From assembly GCA_964577045.1 (NCBI GenBank), contig CAZNWL010000001.1, positions 1 through 34,471 on the forward strand: 34,471 nucleotides of DNA, given 5' to 3'. A program made the translations under genes and the position numbers. Source of the stretch: an uncultured Planctomycetia bacterium (GTDB taxonomy: Bacteria; Omnitrophota; Gorgyraeia; Duberdicusellales; 4484-171). Every line of letters begins with the position of its first letter. Positions within the stretch are counted from its first letter, which is position 1. Of this stretch, positions 1 through 8,302 are shown piece after piece. The notes beneath the pieces were generated by a model, which saw only the letters and a list, made by a program, of their open reading frames with translations, was not told the origin of the DNA and did no database searches.

Positions 1-384
1 CCTAAATATATAGTGGGAAGAATAAAGAAATCGCTTAAAGATAAAGGTTTGTCTTTAAAAAGGGCAAAGATTCTGATTTTGGGGGTGACTTATAAGAAAG
101 ACGTAAAAGACTTGCGCGAATCCCCGGCTTTAGATATTATTGAGAAGTTAAGCCAAAGAGCGCAAGTTAACTTTTATGACCCTTTGATTCCTTATTTAAA
201 GATAAACGGCATTAATTTGAGAAGAATGTCTTTAAGCAAAAATAGTTTGAGGCAATATAGCGTGGTAGTCGTGGTTACCGACCATTCAGCATTCGATTAT
301 GATTTTATCAGAAAAAATTCTAAATTCATATTTGATACTCGTAATGCCTACAAGAAAAAATATGCTAATGTAGAGAAGCTATGA
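1..384 (+). CDS. Nucleotide-sugar dehydrogenase (UDP-glucose / UDP-GlcNAc / UDP-ManNAc 6-dehydrogenase family), C-terminal fragment; the 5' end lies outside the window
   Basis: The frame is open from nt 1. The sequence ILILGVTYKKDVKDLRESPALDIIEKL...FYDPLIP matches the conserved C-terminal UDP-binding domain of this family. The stop overlaps the next start (ATGA at 381-384). Confidence 0.75.
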   Translation, partial: PKYIVGRIKKSLKDKGLSLKRAKILILGVTYKKDVKDLRESPALDIIEKLSQRAQVNFYDPLIPYLKINGINLRRMSLSKNSLRQYSVVVVVTDHSAFDYDFIRKNSKFIFDTRNAYKKKYANVEKL

Positions 385-1331
385 TTGAACGGTTGAGGGG
401 AAAGAAAATATTGGTTACCGGTGGAGCAGGGTTTATCGGTTCGCATATCGTGGATAAGCTGGTTGAGTGCGGTGCCGAAGTCGTTGTTTTAGATAATTTG
501 GTGGCCGGGAAATTGGAAAATTTAGAGCATAACCTAGGCAAAATAGAGTTTGTTAAGGGCGATATTACCGATGAGGCATGTTTAGCCAAGGTTTTAAAGG
601 GAGTGGAAATGGTTTCTCATCAGGCAGCCCTGCGCAGTGTGCCTAAGTCAGTCCAAATACCTCAAGAATACCACCGGGTTAATGTCAGCGGGACGCTAGA
701 TCTTTTTCTCAAAGCTAAAGAAGCAGGCGTCCGGCGGATAACTTTTGCTTCCAGCAGTTCTATTTATGGAGAACGCAGTAATTTTCCCGAGCGGGAAACC
801 GATTTGGCTAAGCCCGTTTCTCCTTATGCGGCGACCAAGGTGATGGGTGAAAAATACGCTTATGTTTTCAGCAAGCTCTATGGTTTAGAGGTAGTAAGCT
901 TACGTTACTTTAATGTTTTTGGCCCGCGCCAATCTTTAGAAAACGAATATGCCGTAGTTATACCTAAGTTTATAACCTGTTTGCTGGATAATCAGCGTCC
1001 GCCGATTTACGGCAATGGGAAGCAGGAGCGTGATTTTAGTTATATTGATAATGTGGTTGAAGCAAATCTCTTGGCTTTGACCAAAGAGGGGATAGCCGGA
1101 GAAGTGTTTAATATCGCCAGCGGAACCCCAGAGTCAGTGAATAAGCTTTTAGCGGTTTTGAATAAAATAATGTCCAAAAGAATAAAGGCTGAATATTTGG
1201 CGGTGAGGCCGGGCGATGTTTTAAAAACCCACGCTGATATAAGTAAAGCAAAAAAGGTATTAAGCTGGAAACCTAAAGTTAATTTTTATCAAGGCCTGGA
1301 AAGAACCGTTGCCTGGTTTAAGAAGAGATGA
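381..1331 (+). CDS. NAD-dependent nucleotide-sugar 4-epimerase (extended SDR, WbpP/TviC-like)
   Basis: Carries the N-terminal Rossmann motif VTGGAGFIGSH, an SSSSIYG serine region, the catalytic YxxxK (SPYAATK), and RYFNVFGPRQ. It follows a sugar dehydrogenase, as in TviB/TviC-type pairs. Confidence 0.7.
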   Translation: MIERLRGKKILVTGGAGFIGSHIVDKLVECGAEVVVLDNLVAGKLENLEHNLGKIEFVKGDITDEACLAKVLKGVEMVSHQAALRSVPKSVQIPQEYHRVNVSGTLDLFLKAKEAGVRRITFASSSSIYGERSNFPERETDLAKPVSPYAATKVMGEKYAYVFSKLYGLEVVSLRYFNVFGPRQSLENEYAVVIPKFITCLLDNQRPPIYGNGKQERDFSYIDNVVEANLLALTKEGIAGEVFNIASGTPESVNKLLAVLNKIMSKRIKAEYLAVRPGDVLKTHADISKAKKVLSWKPKVNFYQGLERTVAWFKKR

Positions 1332-2263
1332 ATATTTTAATCACCGGCGGCGCCGGATTTATTGGCTCGCATCTTTGCCGCAAATTCCTTAAGAGGGGAG
1401 ATTCGGTAATCTGTGTGGATAATTTCATTACCGGCTCCCGGGACAACATAAAGGATTTATTCGCTCACCCTAAATTTAAGCTTATCGAGCAGGATATTTC
1501 CAACCCTTTATATATTTTGGAGAGCTTGGATTGGGTTATGCATTTTGCCTCTCTGGCTTCGCCGAAATATTACCTGGCTTACCCTATCAAGACGCTCAAA
1601 TCCGGGCTTTTGGGAACGCATAACTGCTTAGGGATTGCCAAAGCTAAACAAGCTAAATTCTTCTTGGCTTCCACTTCAGAAGTTTATGGCGACCCGCTTA
1701 AACATCCTCAAACCGAGAATTACTGGGGCAACGTTAACCCCATAGGCGTCCGTTCTTGTTATGACGAGAGTAAGCGTGCAGCAGAAAGTTTTACTTACGC
1801 GTATTTACGCCAGCATAAGCTGGATATCCGGGTGGCGCGTATCTTTAATACTTACGGCCCTTATATGCAGGTAGATGACGGCAGAGTAGTTTCTAACTTT
1901 ATTGTTCAGGCTTTAGCCGGCAAAGGCTTGACTGTTTATGGCCGGGGTGGACAAACCCGTTCTTTTTGCTATATTGATGATTTATTGGAAGGCCTTATCA
2001 AACTGATGCAGGTAGATTATAAATATCCAGTGAATTTAGGCAATCCCCGGGAGTTTACCATAAAAAAATTAGCCAGCTTAGTCCTAAAATTGTCCGGTTC
2101 CAAATCAAAGATAACGTATCAACCGCTTCCTGAAGACGACCCCAAGCAGCGGCGGCCGGATATCACTAAAGCTAAAAACCTTCTTTCTTGGCAGCCCGAA
2201 ATCAGTTTAGAAGAAGGGCTTAAAAAAACCATAGGTTATTTTAAAGCAAAACTAAAAGCCTAA
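1328..2263 (+). CDS. uxs: UDP-glucuronate decarboxylase (UDP-xylose synthase)
   Basis: ITGGAGFIGSH, STSEVYGDP, NPIGVRSCYDESKR, ARIFNTYGP and DGRVVSNFIVQAL are hallmark UXS motifs. The 311-aa length is typical. Confidence 0.8.
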   Translation: MNILITGGAGFIGSHLCRKFLKRGDSVICVDNFITGSRDNIKDLFAHPKFKLIEQDISNPLYILESLDWVMHFASLASPKYYLAYPIKTLKSGLLGTHNCLGIAKAKQAKFFLASTSEVYGDPLKHPQTENYWGNVNPIGVRSCYDESKRAAESFTYAYLRQHKLDIRVARIFNTYGPYMQVDDGRVVSNFIVQALAGKGLTVYGRGGQTRSFCYIDDLLEGLIKLMQVDYKYPVNLGNPREFTIKKLASLVLKLSGSKSKITYQPLPEDDPKQRRPDITKAKNLLSWQPEISLEEGLKKTIGYFKAKLKA

Positions 2264-2266
2264 AGC

Positions 2267-3403
2267 ATGTTCATCCCGCTTCTGGATTTAAAAAAAGAAT
2301 ATTCCTTTTTTAAAAAAGAGATTGAGCGTAATCTCCGAAGGTGTTTTAAAAGCCAGCATTGGATTTTGGGCAAAGAGGTTTCTGATTTCCAAGCCAAGAC
2401 AAGCGCTTACTTAGGCGTAAAATATGCGGTGGGCGTATCTTCCGGGACAGAAGCGCTTATCTTGTCTTTGAACGCTCTGGCTCTTAGAATGAAAGGCCGG
2501 GAATATTTTGACAAGAAAGATGAAATCATCACCACGCCTTTTACCTTTATCGCTACCGCTGAAAGCATTATGCGTTCTGGAGCAACTCCGGTATTCGTGG
2601 ATATTGATCCTGATAGTTATAATATCGACCCTTTAAAAATTAAAAAGGCCATTAATAAAAATACCGTGGGCATTATACCGGTGCACCTTTACGGTTTAGC
2701 CGCTGATTTATCCGGTATCCTTAAGCTAGCCAGGGAGAATAATCTTTTCCTAGTAGAAGATGTGGCTCAAGGGTTTGGCGCATCTTTCCGAAATAAAAAA
2801 TTAGGCAGCTTTGGCGACTGCGGAGCTTTCAGCTTTTTCCCTTCTAAAAATTTAGGGGCTTTTGGCGATGGCGGGCTTATTGCCACCAATAATTCTAAAT
2901 TAGCGGAGTTGTTGAAAATATTGCGTAACCACGGACAGATTAACCAATACGACGCTTCCTATATCGGGTATAATTCGCGCCTGGATTCGATTCAGGCAGC
3001 GATTCTTTTAGCCAAGCTTAAACATGTTGATAAGCTGAATGCATTGAGGAAAAAAATTGCCGCAGAATATAACGCCGCTTTTAAATCTATCCGGAGAATT
3101 AAAACGCCTTTTGTGCCCAGGGGCTGCGGGCACGTTTACCACCTTTACAGCTTAAAAGTTTCCGCAAAAAGAGATAAGCTTCTTAACTATTTGAATTCCA
3201 AAGGGATAAGTTCGCGTGTCTATTACCCAGTTTGCCTGCATAAGATGCGCGCTTTTAAGCAGGCTAAAATATCCGGCAGCCTTAAGGCGAGCGAAGATAC
3301 CGCTAAGCGAGTCTTGAGCCTTCCTATCTATCCTTTCTTGAGCGCAAAGCAAGCCGAATTCGTAATCACAGCGGTCAAAAACTTTTATGAAAAAACAAAA
3401 TAG
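2267..3403 (+). CDS. DegT/DnrJ/EryC1/StrS-family PLP-dependent sugar aminotransferase
   Basis: Typical family layout. The PLP-lysine motif is intact (GAFSFFPSKNLGAFGDGG) and the 378-aa length fits. Confidence 0.8.
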   Translation: MFIPLLDLKKEYSFFKKEIERNLRRCFKSQHWILGKEVSDFQAKTSAYLGVKYAVGVSSGTEALILSLNALALRMKGREYFDKKDEIITTPFTFIATAESIMRSGATPVFVDIDPDSYNIDPLKIKKAINKNTVGIIPVHLYGLAADLSGILKLARENNLFLVEDVAQGFGASFRNKKLGSFGDCGAFSFFPSKNLGAFGDGGLIATNNSKLAELLKILRNHGQINQYDASYIGYNSRLDSIQAAILLAKLKHVDKLNALRKKIAAEYNAAFKSIRRIKTPFVPRGCGHVYHLYSLKVSAKRDKLLNYLNSKGISSRVYYPVCLHKMRAFKQAKISGSLKASEDTAKRVLSLPIYPFLSAKQAEFVITAVKNFYEKTK

Positions 3404-5276
3404 CTTTCCGGCTCATGGCGGCAATAACCTGGTCAACAGGATTGTTCCGGAGGTGGAAAGGCAGCCTTTAATCGAAAAGGCTTTGCAATTAAAGATTTAC
3501 CAAATTAGCGAGGCGGATATTTCTGTATTTTACCGCTTAGCCGATGGAGCCCTTTCGCCCTTAGAGGGGCCGATGGAGGAAAAGGAGTTTTATAGTGTTT
3601 TAGATAAGGAATATATAGAAAGAAGCGGAAAGAAATATGCTTGGACAATCCCCTTAGCTTTTCCGGCAGCAAAAAAAGAAGCAAAAAATTTCAAGATAGG
3701 CCAGAGCCTGGCAGTAAAGAACGTTTTCGGGGTCATCATGGGAATTTTGGAAATCTCAAGTATCTATCCTTTTGACAAAGCCAGGTATAACCAGTCAGTA
3801 TACGGCACTAAACGCACTGACCATCCCGGCCCGCGTATTTTTAACGACGACTCCAGGGATTATTTACTCGGCGGAAAAATCTGGGCTTTGCCGCAGTTGA
3901 ATCACCCCGTATACGGAAAATATATGCTCACCCCCCAAGAGTCGCGGATTTTATTCGGAGAAAGGCGTTGGGAAAGAATAGCTGCTTTTCAAACCAGAAA
4001 CGCTTTGCACCGCGCTCATGAATATGCCCTGGTCTATGGGATGGAAAAGTTGACTAAGGAGGGATTTTTCACCGGAATTGTTTTAAATCCTCTGGTGGGG
4101 GCAACTAAATCTGACGATGCGCCGGCGGATGTGCGGATGAAAACTTATGAAGCTTTAATTAAAAGCTCCCTCTTAGGCCATGGCGATAAAGATGATAAGT
4201 TTTGGAAAAGCAAAGATTATGATTTAGCGGATCAACTGATTTTAATCGGTTTGGATATGAAAATGTTTTATGCCGGGCCCAAAGAAGCAATAATGCACGC
4301 TATTTACCGCCAGAACTATGGGTTTACCGATATTATCATCGGGCGCAAGCACGCCGATGCCCATTTTGATGATGACCAGCCGGTTTGGGGCGATTTTGAC
4401 GCCCAGGAAAAGTTCGAAAACCTAAAAGGAGAGCTTAAAATAAAACCGCTGAAAGTTGATTTTGCCGCTTATTTTGAAGAATTAGGCAGGGTAGGTTTAG
4501 TCAATAAATATAAGGATAAAGGCTATAAAATAATTTCTATTTCCGGTAAAGAATTAAGGGCGAAGCTCGAATCTAATCAGGAAGTTGACGAACGGATAAT
4601 GCGTAAACCCGTAGCTGGCATCTTATCCGAATATTATGCCCAAGCCAAACAAACCAGGCAGATAAAAAGCACCAACATTACTTGGCATGAAACGGGTATA
4701 TCCAAACAGGATAGGGAAAAAAGAAACAATCATAAGGGCGCGATTATCTGGCTGACCGGCCTTCCTTGTTCGGGAAAATCCACCATTGCCGTTGAGCTGC
4801 AGGCTTTATTGTTTGAGATGGGGGCAGATACTTATATTTTAGACGGAGACAATATCCGCCACGGCTTAAACAGTAATTTAGGTTTTTCTCCCCAAGACCG
4901 CGAAGAAAATATCCGGCGCATCGGAGAAGTAGCCAAGCTTTTTGCCGATGCCGGATTTTTGGTGATTGCTTCTTTTATTTCTCCCTACCGCAAAGACCGC
5001 GACCGCTCAAGAAGCATCGTGGCCAAGGGGGATTTCATAGAAGTCTTTATTAATACTGATTTGGCTGTATGCGAAGAGAGAGATACTAAAGGCCTTTATA
5101 AAAAAGCCAGGCGCGGTGAAATTAAAGAGTTTACTGGCATTTCTGCCCCCTATGAAAAGCCCCAAAATCCAGAAATAACCATCGATACGGCCAAAAGCAG
5201 CAAAGAAGACTGTGCCAGGCAAATTTTGGGCTACCTGCTTAAAAATGGTTACCTCCGCAACAGATATACTTCATAA
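3387..5276 (+). CDS. sat-cysC: Bifunctional sulfate adenylyltransferase (ATP sulfurylase) / adenylylsulfate kinase, i.e. a PAPS synthase
   Basis: ATP sulfurylase motifs are present (FQTRNALHRAHE, IIGRKHAD). The C-terminal APS kinase has an intact P-loop (WLTGLPCSGKSTIA), plus LDGDNIRHGLN and ISPY. Confidence 0.85.
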   Translation: MKKQNSFPAHGGNNLVNRIVPEVERQPLIEKALQLKIYQISEADISVFYRLADGALSPLEGPMEEKEFYSVLDKEYIERSGKKYAWTIPLAFPAAKKEAKNFKIGQSLAVKNVFGVIMGILEISSIYPFDKARYNQSVYGTKRTDHPGPRIFNDDSRDYLLGGKIWALPQLNHPVYGKYMLTPQESRILFGERRWERIAAFQTRNALHRAHEYALVYGMEKLTKEGFFTGIVLNPLVGATKSDDAPADVRMKTYEALIKSSLLGHGDKDDKFWKSKDYDLADQLILIGLDMKMFYAGPKEAIMHAIYRQNYGFTDIIIGRKHADAHFDDDQPVWGDFDAQEKFENLKGELKIKPLKVDFAAYFEELGRVGLVNKYKDKGYKIISISGKELRAKLESNQEVDERIMRKPVAGILSEYYAQAKQTRQIKSTNITWHETGISKQDREKRNNHKGAIIWLTGLPCSGKSTIAVELQALLFEMGADTYILDGDNIRHGLNSNLGFSPQDREENIRRIGEVAKLFADAGFLVIASFISPYRKDRDRSRSIVAKGDFIEVFINTDLAVCEERDTKGLYKKARRGEIKEFTGISAPYEKPQNPEITIDTAKSSKEDCARQILGYLLKNGYLRNRYTS

Positions 5277-5338
5277 CCTATTCATTAACAGTAGCTTATA
5301 GTTAGTTCACCCCCCTTTTTTAATTTCGATAAAAAAGG

Positions 5339-5366
5339 TTGACAGATTAAAGTAGGGCTTTATAAT
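5339..5366 (+). promoter_or_regulatory. Sigma70-type promoter candidate: TTGACA (5339-5344), 16-nt spacer, TATAAT (5361-5366)
   Basis: Both hexamers match the consensus exactly. The site lies in the 128-nt gap between sat-cysC and the MarR gene, about 39 nt upstream of the ATG at 5405. Confidence 0.5.
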
Positions 5367-5387
5367 ATGTTCAATTAATGAACATAT
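5365..5387. promoter_or_regulatory. Operator-like perfect inverted repeat ATATGTTCA-N5-TGAACATAT, overlapping the -10 box and the predicted transcription start
   Basis: The 9-bp arms are perfectly complementary with a 5-nt spacer. The repeat sits directly upstream of a winged-helix MarR regulator gene. Confidence 0.45.
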
Positions 5388-5404
5388 AGATAAGTCTTTC
5401 TTGA

Positions 5405-5815
5405 ATGACTAAAATCGAAAAACCTACCTTAACCGAGGATATTCTGAATATCCTGCGCCTTTTATCTTCCGGCAGTAACTTAAGCCAGAGGGATGTTTCT
5501 GCCCACCTGGAAATCTCGCTGGGTAAAACCAATTACCTTTTAAAATCGCTGATTAAGAAAAATTTAATCAAAGCCATAAACTTTTCCCGCCATCCCGGTA
5601 AATTAGGAAAAGTCAGGTATATTCTCACCAAAAAAGGTTTGGAAGAAAAACTTAACCTGATGTACCACTTCTTAAAGAAAAAAGAGGCAGAGTATAACCA
5701 TATCCGTGAAGAATTGGCCAAGTTGGAAGGAGAGAAGCCAGCAGCAAATCAACCGAAAGAAGTCGATGGCCATTTGTCTTATCAGTTGAAAGGGGGAGCG
5801 AATGAAAACAAATAA
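5405..5815 (+). CDS. EPS-associated MarR-family winged-helix transcriptional regulator
   Basis: LSQRDVSAHLEISLGKTNYLLKSLIKKNLIKAINF...KVRYILTKKGLEEK matches the HTH and wing of the small MarR-type regulators found in exopolysaccharide loci. Confidence 0.7.
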   Translation: MTKIEKPTLTEDILNILRLLSSGSNLSQRDVSAHLEISLGKTNYLLKSLIKKNLIKAINFSRHPGKLGKVRYILTKKGLEEKLNLMYHFLKKKEAEYNHIREELAKLEGEKPAANQPKEVDGHLSYQLKGGANENK

Positions 5816-6764
5816 GAAAGTTTTAGTGGCCGGCGCCGGCGGCTTTATCGGCCATCATTTGGTTAATTATTTGAAAGCCAAAGGCTATTGGGTGAGAGGA
5901 GTTGACCTGAAGAACCCCGAGTTTGAGGAAACTCGCGCCGATGATTTTAAACTTATGGATTTACGCCTATTTGATAATTGCCGCAAAGCCTGCCAAGGGA
6001 TGGAAGAAGTTTATCAGCTGGCTGCGGATATGGGCGGTATCGGCTATATTACTAAAAATCACGCCGAGATTTTTAAAAACAACGCTCTGATTAACCTGAA
6101 TGTTTTAGAGGCGGCGCGTTTAGCCGGAACAAAGAACTATCTTTATACCAGTTCTGCCTGCATTTATCCCCAGTATTTACAGAAAGATTGCCGGGTTAAG
6201 CCGTTAAAAGAAGAGGATGCTTATCCGGCTGATGCCGAGCCGGGTTATGGGTGGGAAAAACTATTTTCGGAATTAGCCTGCCAGTATTACAGTGAAGATT
6301 TCGGCTTCAAAACCCACGTGGTCAGGTTTCATAATATTTTTGGGCCTCTAGGCACTTATCAGGGCGGAAAAGAAAAATCTCCGGCGGCGATTTGCCGCAA
6401 GATTGCCTTGGCCAAAGACGGAGACGAGATTGAAGTTTGGGGCGATGGAAAACAAACCCGTTCTTATTGCTATATCGATGATTGCGTCGAAGGAATTTAC
6501 CGGCTGATGCAGAGCGGTTATACCCGGCCGCTTAACCTGGGCCAGGACCGTTTAATCAGCGTCGACGAGCTGGTGGATATAGTGGCTAAAATTGCCGGGA
6601 AAAAAATAATCAAACGTTACGATTTAAGCAAGCCCCAGGGGGTCAGAGGAAGAAATAGCGATAACACGCGCCTGCGCCAGGTTCTTAAGTGGGAACCGCA
6701 GGCCAGCCTTGAGCAGGGGCTGGAAAAAACTTATCGCTGGATTAAAAAACAGGTGGGAGGTTAA
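5802..6764 (+). CDS. GDP-mannose 3,5-epimerase-like extended SDR
   Basis: [31 protein letters not shown] (YxxxK) and [25 protein letters not shown] closely resemble GME-type epimerase motifs. An RBS (AGGGGGAG) precedes the ATG. Confidence 0.6.
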   Translation: MKTNKKVLVAGAGGFIGHHLVNYLKAKGYWVRGVDLKNPEFEETRADDFKLMDLRLFDNCRKACQGMEEVYQLAADMGGIGYITKNHAEIFKNNALINLNVLEAARLAGTKNYLYTSSACIYPQYLQKDCRVKPLKEEDAYPADAEPGYGWEKLFSELACQYYSEDFGFKTHVVRFHNIFGPLGTYQGGKEKSPAAICRKIALAKDGDEIEVWGDGKQTRSYCYIDDCVEGIYRLMQSGYTRPLNLGQDRLISVDELVDIVAKIAGKKIIKRYDLSKPQGVRGRNSDNTRLRQVLKWEPQASLEQGLEKTYRWIKKQVGG

Positions 6765-6765
6765 T

Positions 6766-7647
6766 ATGAAAGGGATAATTTTAGCCGGAGGTTTGGCTAC
6801 GCGGCTTTATCCGGTTACCAAAGGCGTTTGCAAGCAAATGCTTCCGGTTTACGATAAGCCGCTGATTTATTATCCGCTTTCTATTTTAATGCTGGCCGGA
6901 ATCAGGGATATCCTGATAATTTCTACGCCTAAAGATACGCCGCGCTTTAAGGATTTGCTCGGCCAGGGAAAAGATTTAGGGGTCAAGTTTTCTTATCAGG
7001 TTCAGGATAAGCCCGCCGGCATTGCCCAGGCATTTATCCTGGCAGAGGAGTTTATCGGCGGAGAAGAAGTTTGCTTAATCCTCGGCGACAACATCTTATA
7101 CGGGCATAACCTCTCCGAGCTTCTGGAAGAAGCGATGAGCAATTTAGAGGGCGCAGTCATCTTCGGTTATTACGTAAAAGAGCCCCAAAGATATGGCGTT
7201 ATTGAGTTTGATGACCAGCACAATGTTTTGTCCATTCAGGAAAAGCCAAAAAATCCTAAGTCGAATTGGGCGGTAACCGGATTATATTTTTACGATAACC
7301 AGGTAGTTGAGATTGCCAAAGCGCTTAAGCCTTCGTCCCGCGGAGAGCTGGAAATCACCGATGTGAATAACGAGTATTTAAAAAAAGGGAAGTTGAAGAC
7401 TAAACTTTTGAGCCGCGGCTATGCCTGGTTGGATACCGGAACATATGATTCCTTGATTGACGCGGCGATGTTTATTAAGACTTTAGAAGACCGCCAGGGA
7501 TTAAAAGTAGGTTGCATTGAAGAAGTGGCTTTCCGCAAAGGCTATATCAGCGCCCAAGAGTTAAAAAAGCTGGCCCGTCAGTTGAACACTAACTACGGAG
7601 AGTATTTATCGCAAATTTTAGCTGAAGGAGAAGCTGATGCCGTTTGA
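6766..7647 (+). CDS. rfbA: Glucose-1-phosphate thymidylyltransferase
   Basis: [32 protein letters not shown] and YAWLDTGT match RmlA. I chose the ATG at 6766 over the track start at 6709 because it follows an RBS (AGGTGGGAGG) and matches the canonical RmlA N-terminus. Confidence 0.9.
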   Translation: MKGIILAGGLATRLYPVTKGVCKQMLPVYDKPLIYYPLSILMLAGIRDILIISTPKDTPRFKDLLGQGKDLGVKFSYQVQDKPAGIAQAFILAEEFIGGEEVCLILGDNILYGHNLSELLEEAMSNLEGAVIFGYYVKEPQRYGVIEFDDQHNVLSIQEKPKNPKSNWAVTGLYFYDNQVVEIAKALKPSSRGELEITDVNNEYLKKGKLKTKLLSRGYAWLDTGTYDSLIDAAMFIKTLEDRQGLKVGCIEEVAFRKGYISAQELKKLARQLNTNYGEYLSQILAEGEADAV

Positions 7648-8194
7648 ATTTAAGAAGTTAGAAATCCCCGAGGTTATTTTAATTAAGCCTAAGTTAATCA
7701 GCGATGACCGCGGCTTCTTTATGGAGGCTTACAAGGAAGATGATTTCGCCAAGTTCGGGATTAAGGATAAGTTCGTCCAGGAAAACCACTCTAAATCTTT
7801 CGCTAAAGGGGTAATCCGCGGCCTGCATTTTCAGAAAAAACCCATGGAACAGGCTAAACTAGTGAGAGTAGTTTCCGGAAGCATCATGGATGTAGCTGTA
7901 GATATCAGGCGCGGCTCAAAGACTTTTGGCAAATGGGTTTCCAGCTTACTTTCTACCAAAAACCGGGCCATGCTTTATATACCCGAGGGGTTTGCTCATG
8001 GCTTCTGCACTTTGGAAGAGAACACCGAAGTTCTTTACAGCTGCAGCAATGAATATTCTCCAGCCCATGACCGGGGGATTATTTGGTCGGACAATTTTAT
8101 TAATATCCATTGGCCGGTGCTCGAGCCAATTTTATCCGAGCGGGATAAAAAATGGCCTACTTTGCATGAGGCGGATTTAGGGTTTAATTATTAG
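7637..8194 (+). CDS. rfbC: dTDP-4-dehydrorhamnose 3,5-epimerase
   Basis: Cupin-fold RmlC motifs are present (DDRGFF.E, RGLHFQ, KLVRV.SG...[15 protein letters not shown]). The 185-aa length fits. Confidence 0.9.
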   Translation: MPFEFKKLEIPEVILIKPKLISDDRGFFMEAYKEDDFAKFGIKDKFVQENHSKSFAKGVIRGLHFQKKPMEQAKLVRVVSGSIMDVAVDIRRGSKTFGKWVSSLLSTKNRAMLYIPEGFAHGFCTLEENTEVLYSCSNEYSPAHDRGIIWSDNFINIHWPVLEPILSERDKKWPTLHEADLGFNY

Positions 8195-8208
8195 TCTATT
8201 TATTAAAT

Positions 8209-8277
8209 GATTACAGCGATTAGGGAAAGATTACAGTGATTGTTAATCTGCGTAATCTATATTAAATCTCTGTAATC
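8209..8277. repeat. Four-copy 13-mer array: GATTACAGCGATT (8209-8221), GATTACAGTGATT (8229-8241), and inverted copies AATCTGCGTAATC (8245-8257) and AATCTCTGTAATC (8265-8277)
   Basis: Read directly from the rfbC-rfbB spacer. Same-orientation copies are 20 nt apart. The outer pair is complementary at 12/13 positions and the inner pair at 10/13, so the copies could form nested hairpins. Confidence 0.55.
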
Positions 8278-8302
8278 AATTTCCGAGAGGAACGAAGAAA
8301 CT

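Noticed and set aside
5314-5338. The inverted repeat CCTTTTTT-N9-AAAAAAGG after sat-cysC as an intrinsic terminator
   Set aside because: The stem is almost pure A/T with only two G:C pairs, and no U-tract follows it. It lies directly upstream of the -35 box, so it is more likely an A/T-rich UP-like region or has no function.
6709-6765. The upstream start proposed by the track for rfbA (6709), and likewise 12252 for the E1 alpha gene
   Set aside because: The extensions overlap the preceding genes by 40-56 nt and add residues absent from the families. The internal ATGs at 6766 (preceded by AGGTGGGAGG) and 12291 (TGATG overlap with the gmd stop) give canonical N-termini.
7926-8180. Overlapping out-of-frame + strand ORFs (7926-8180, 9732-10028, 20254-20439, 24941-25180, 27194-27421, 29048-29317)
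   Set aside because: They are nested in alternative frames of genes with strong family signatures (rfbC, rfbB, rSAM, the NeuB fusion, the dehydrogenase, the ABC exporter), and I recognise no motifs in them.
8209-8277. CRISPR array interpretation of the short repeat clusters at 8209-8277 and 19030-19167
   Set aside because: The repeats are only 9-13 nt long and occur in both orientations. The spacers of a few nt are not unique protospacer-length sequences. No cas genes are present.
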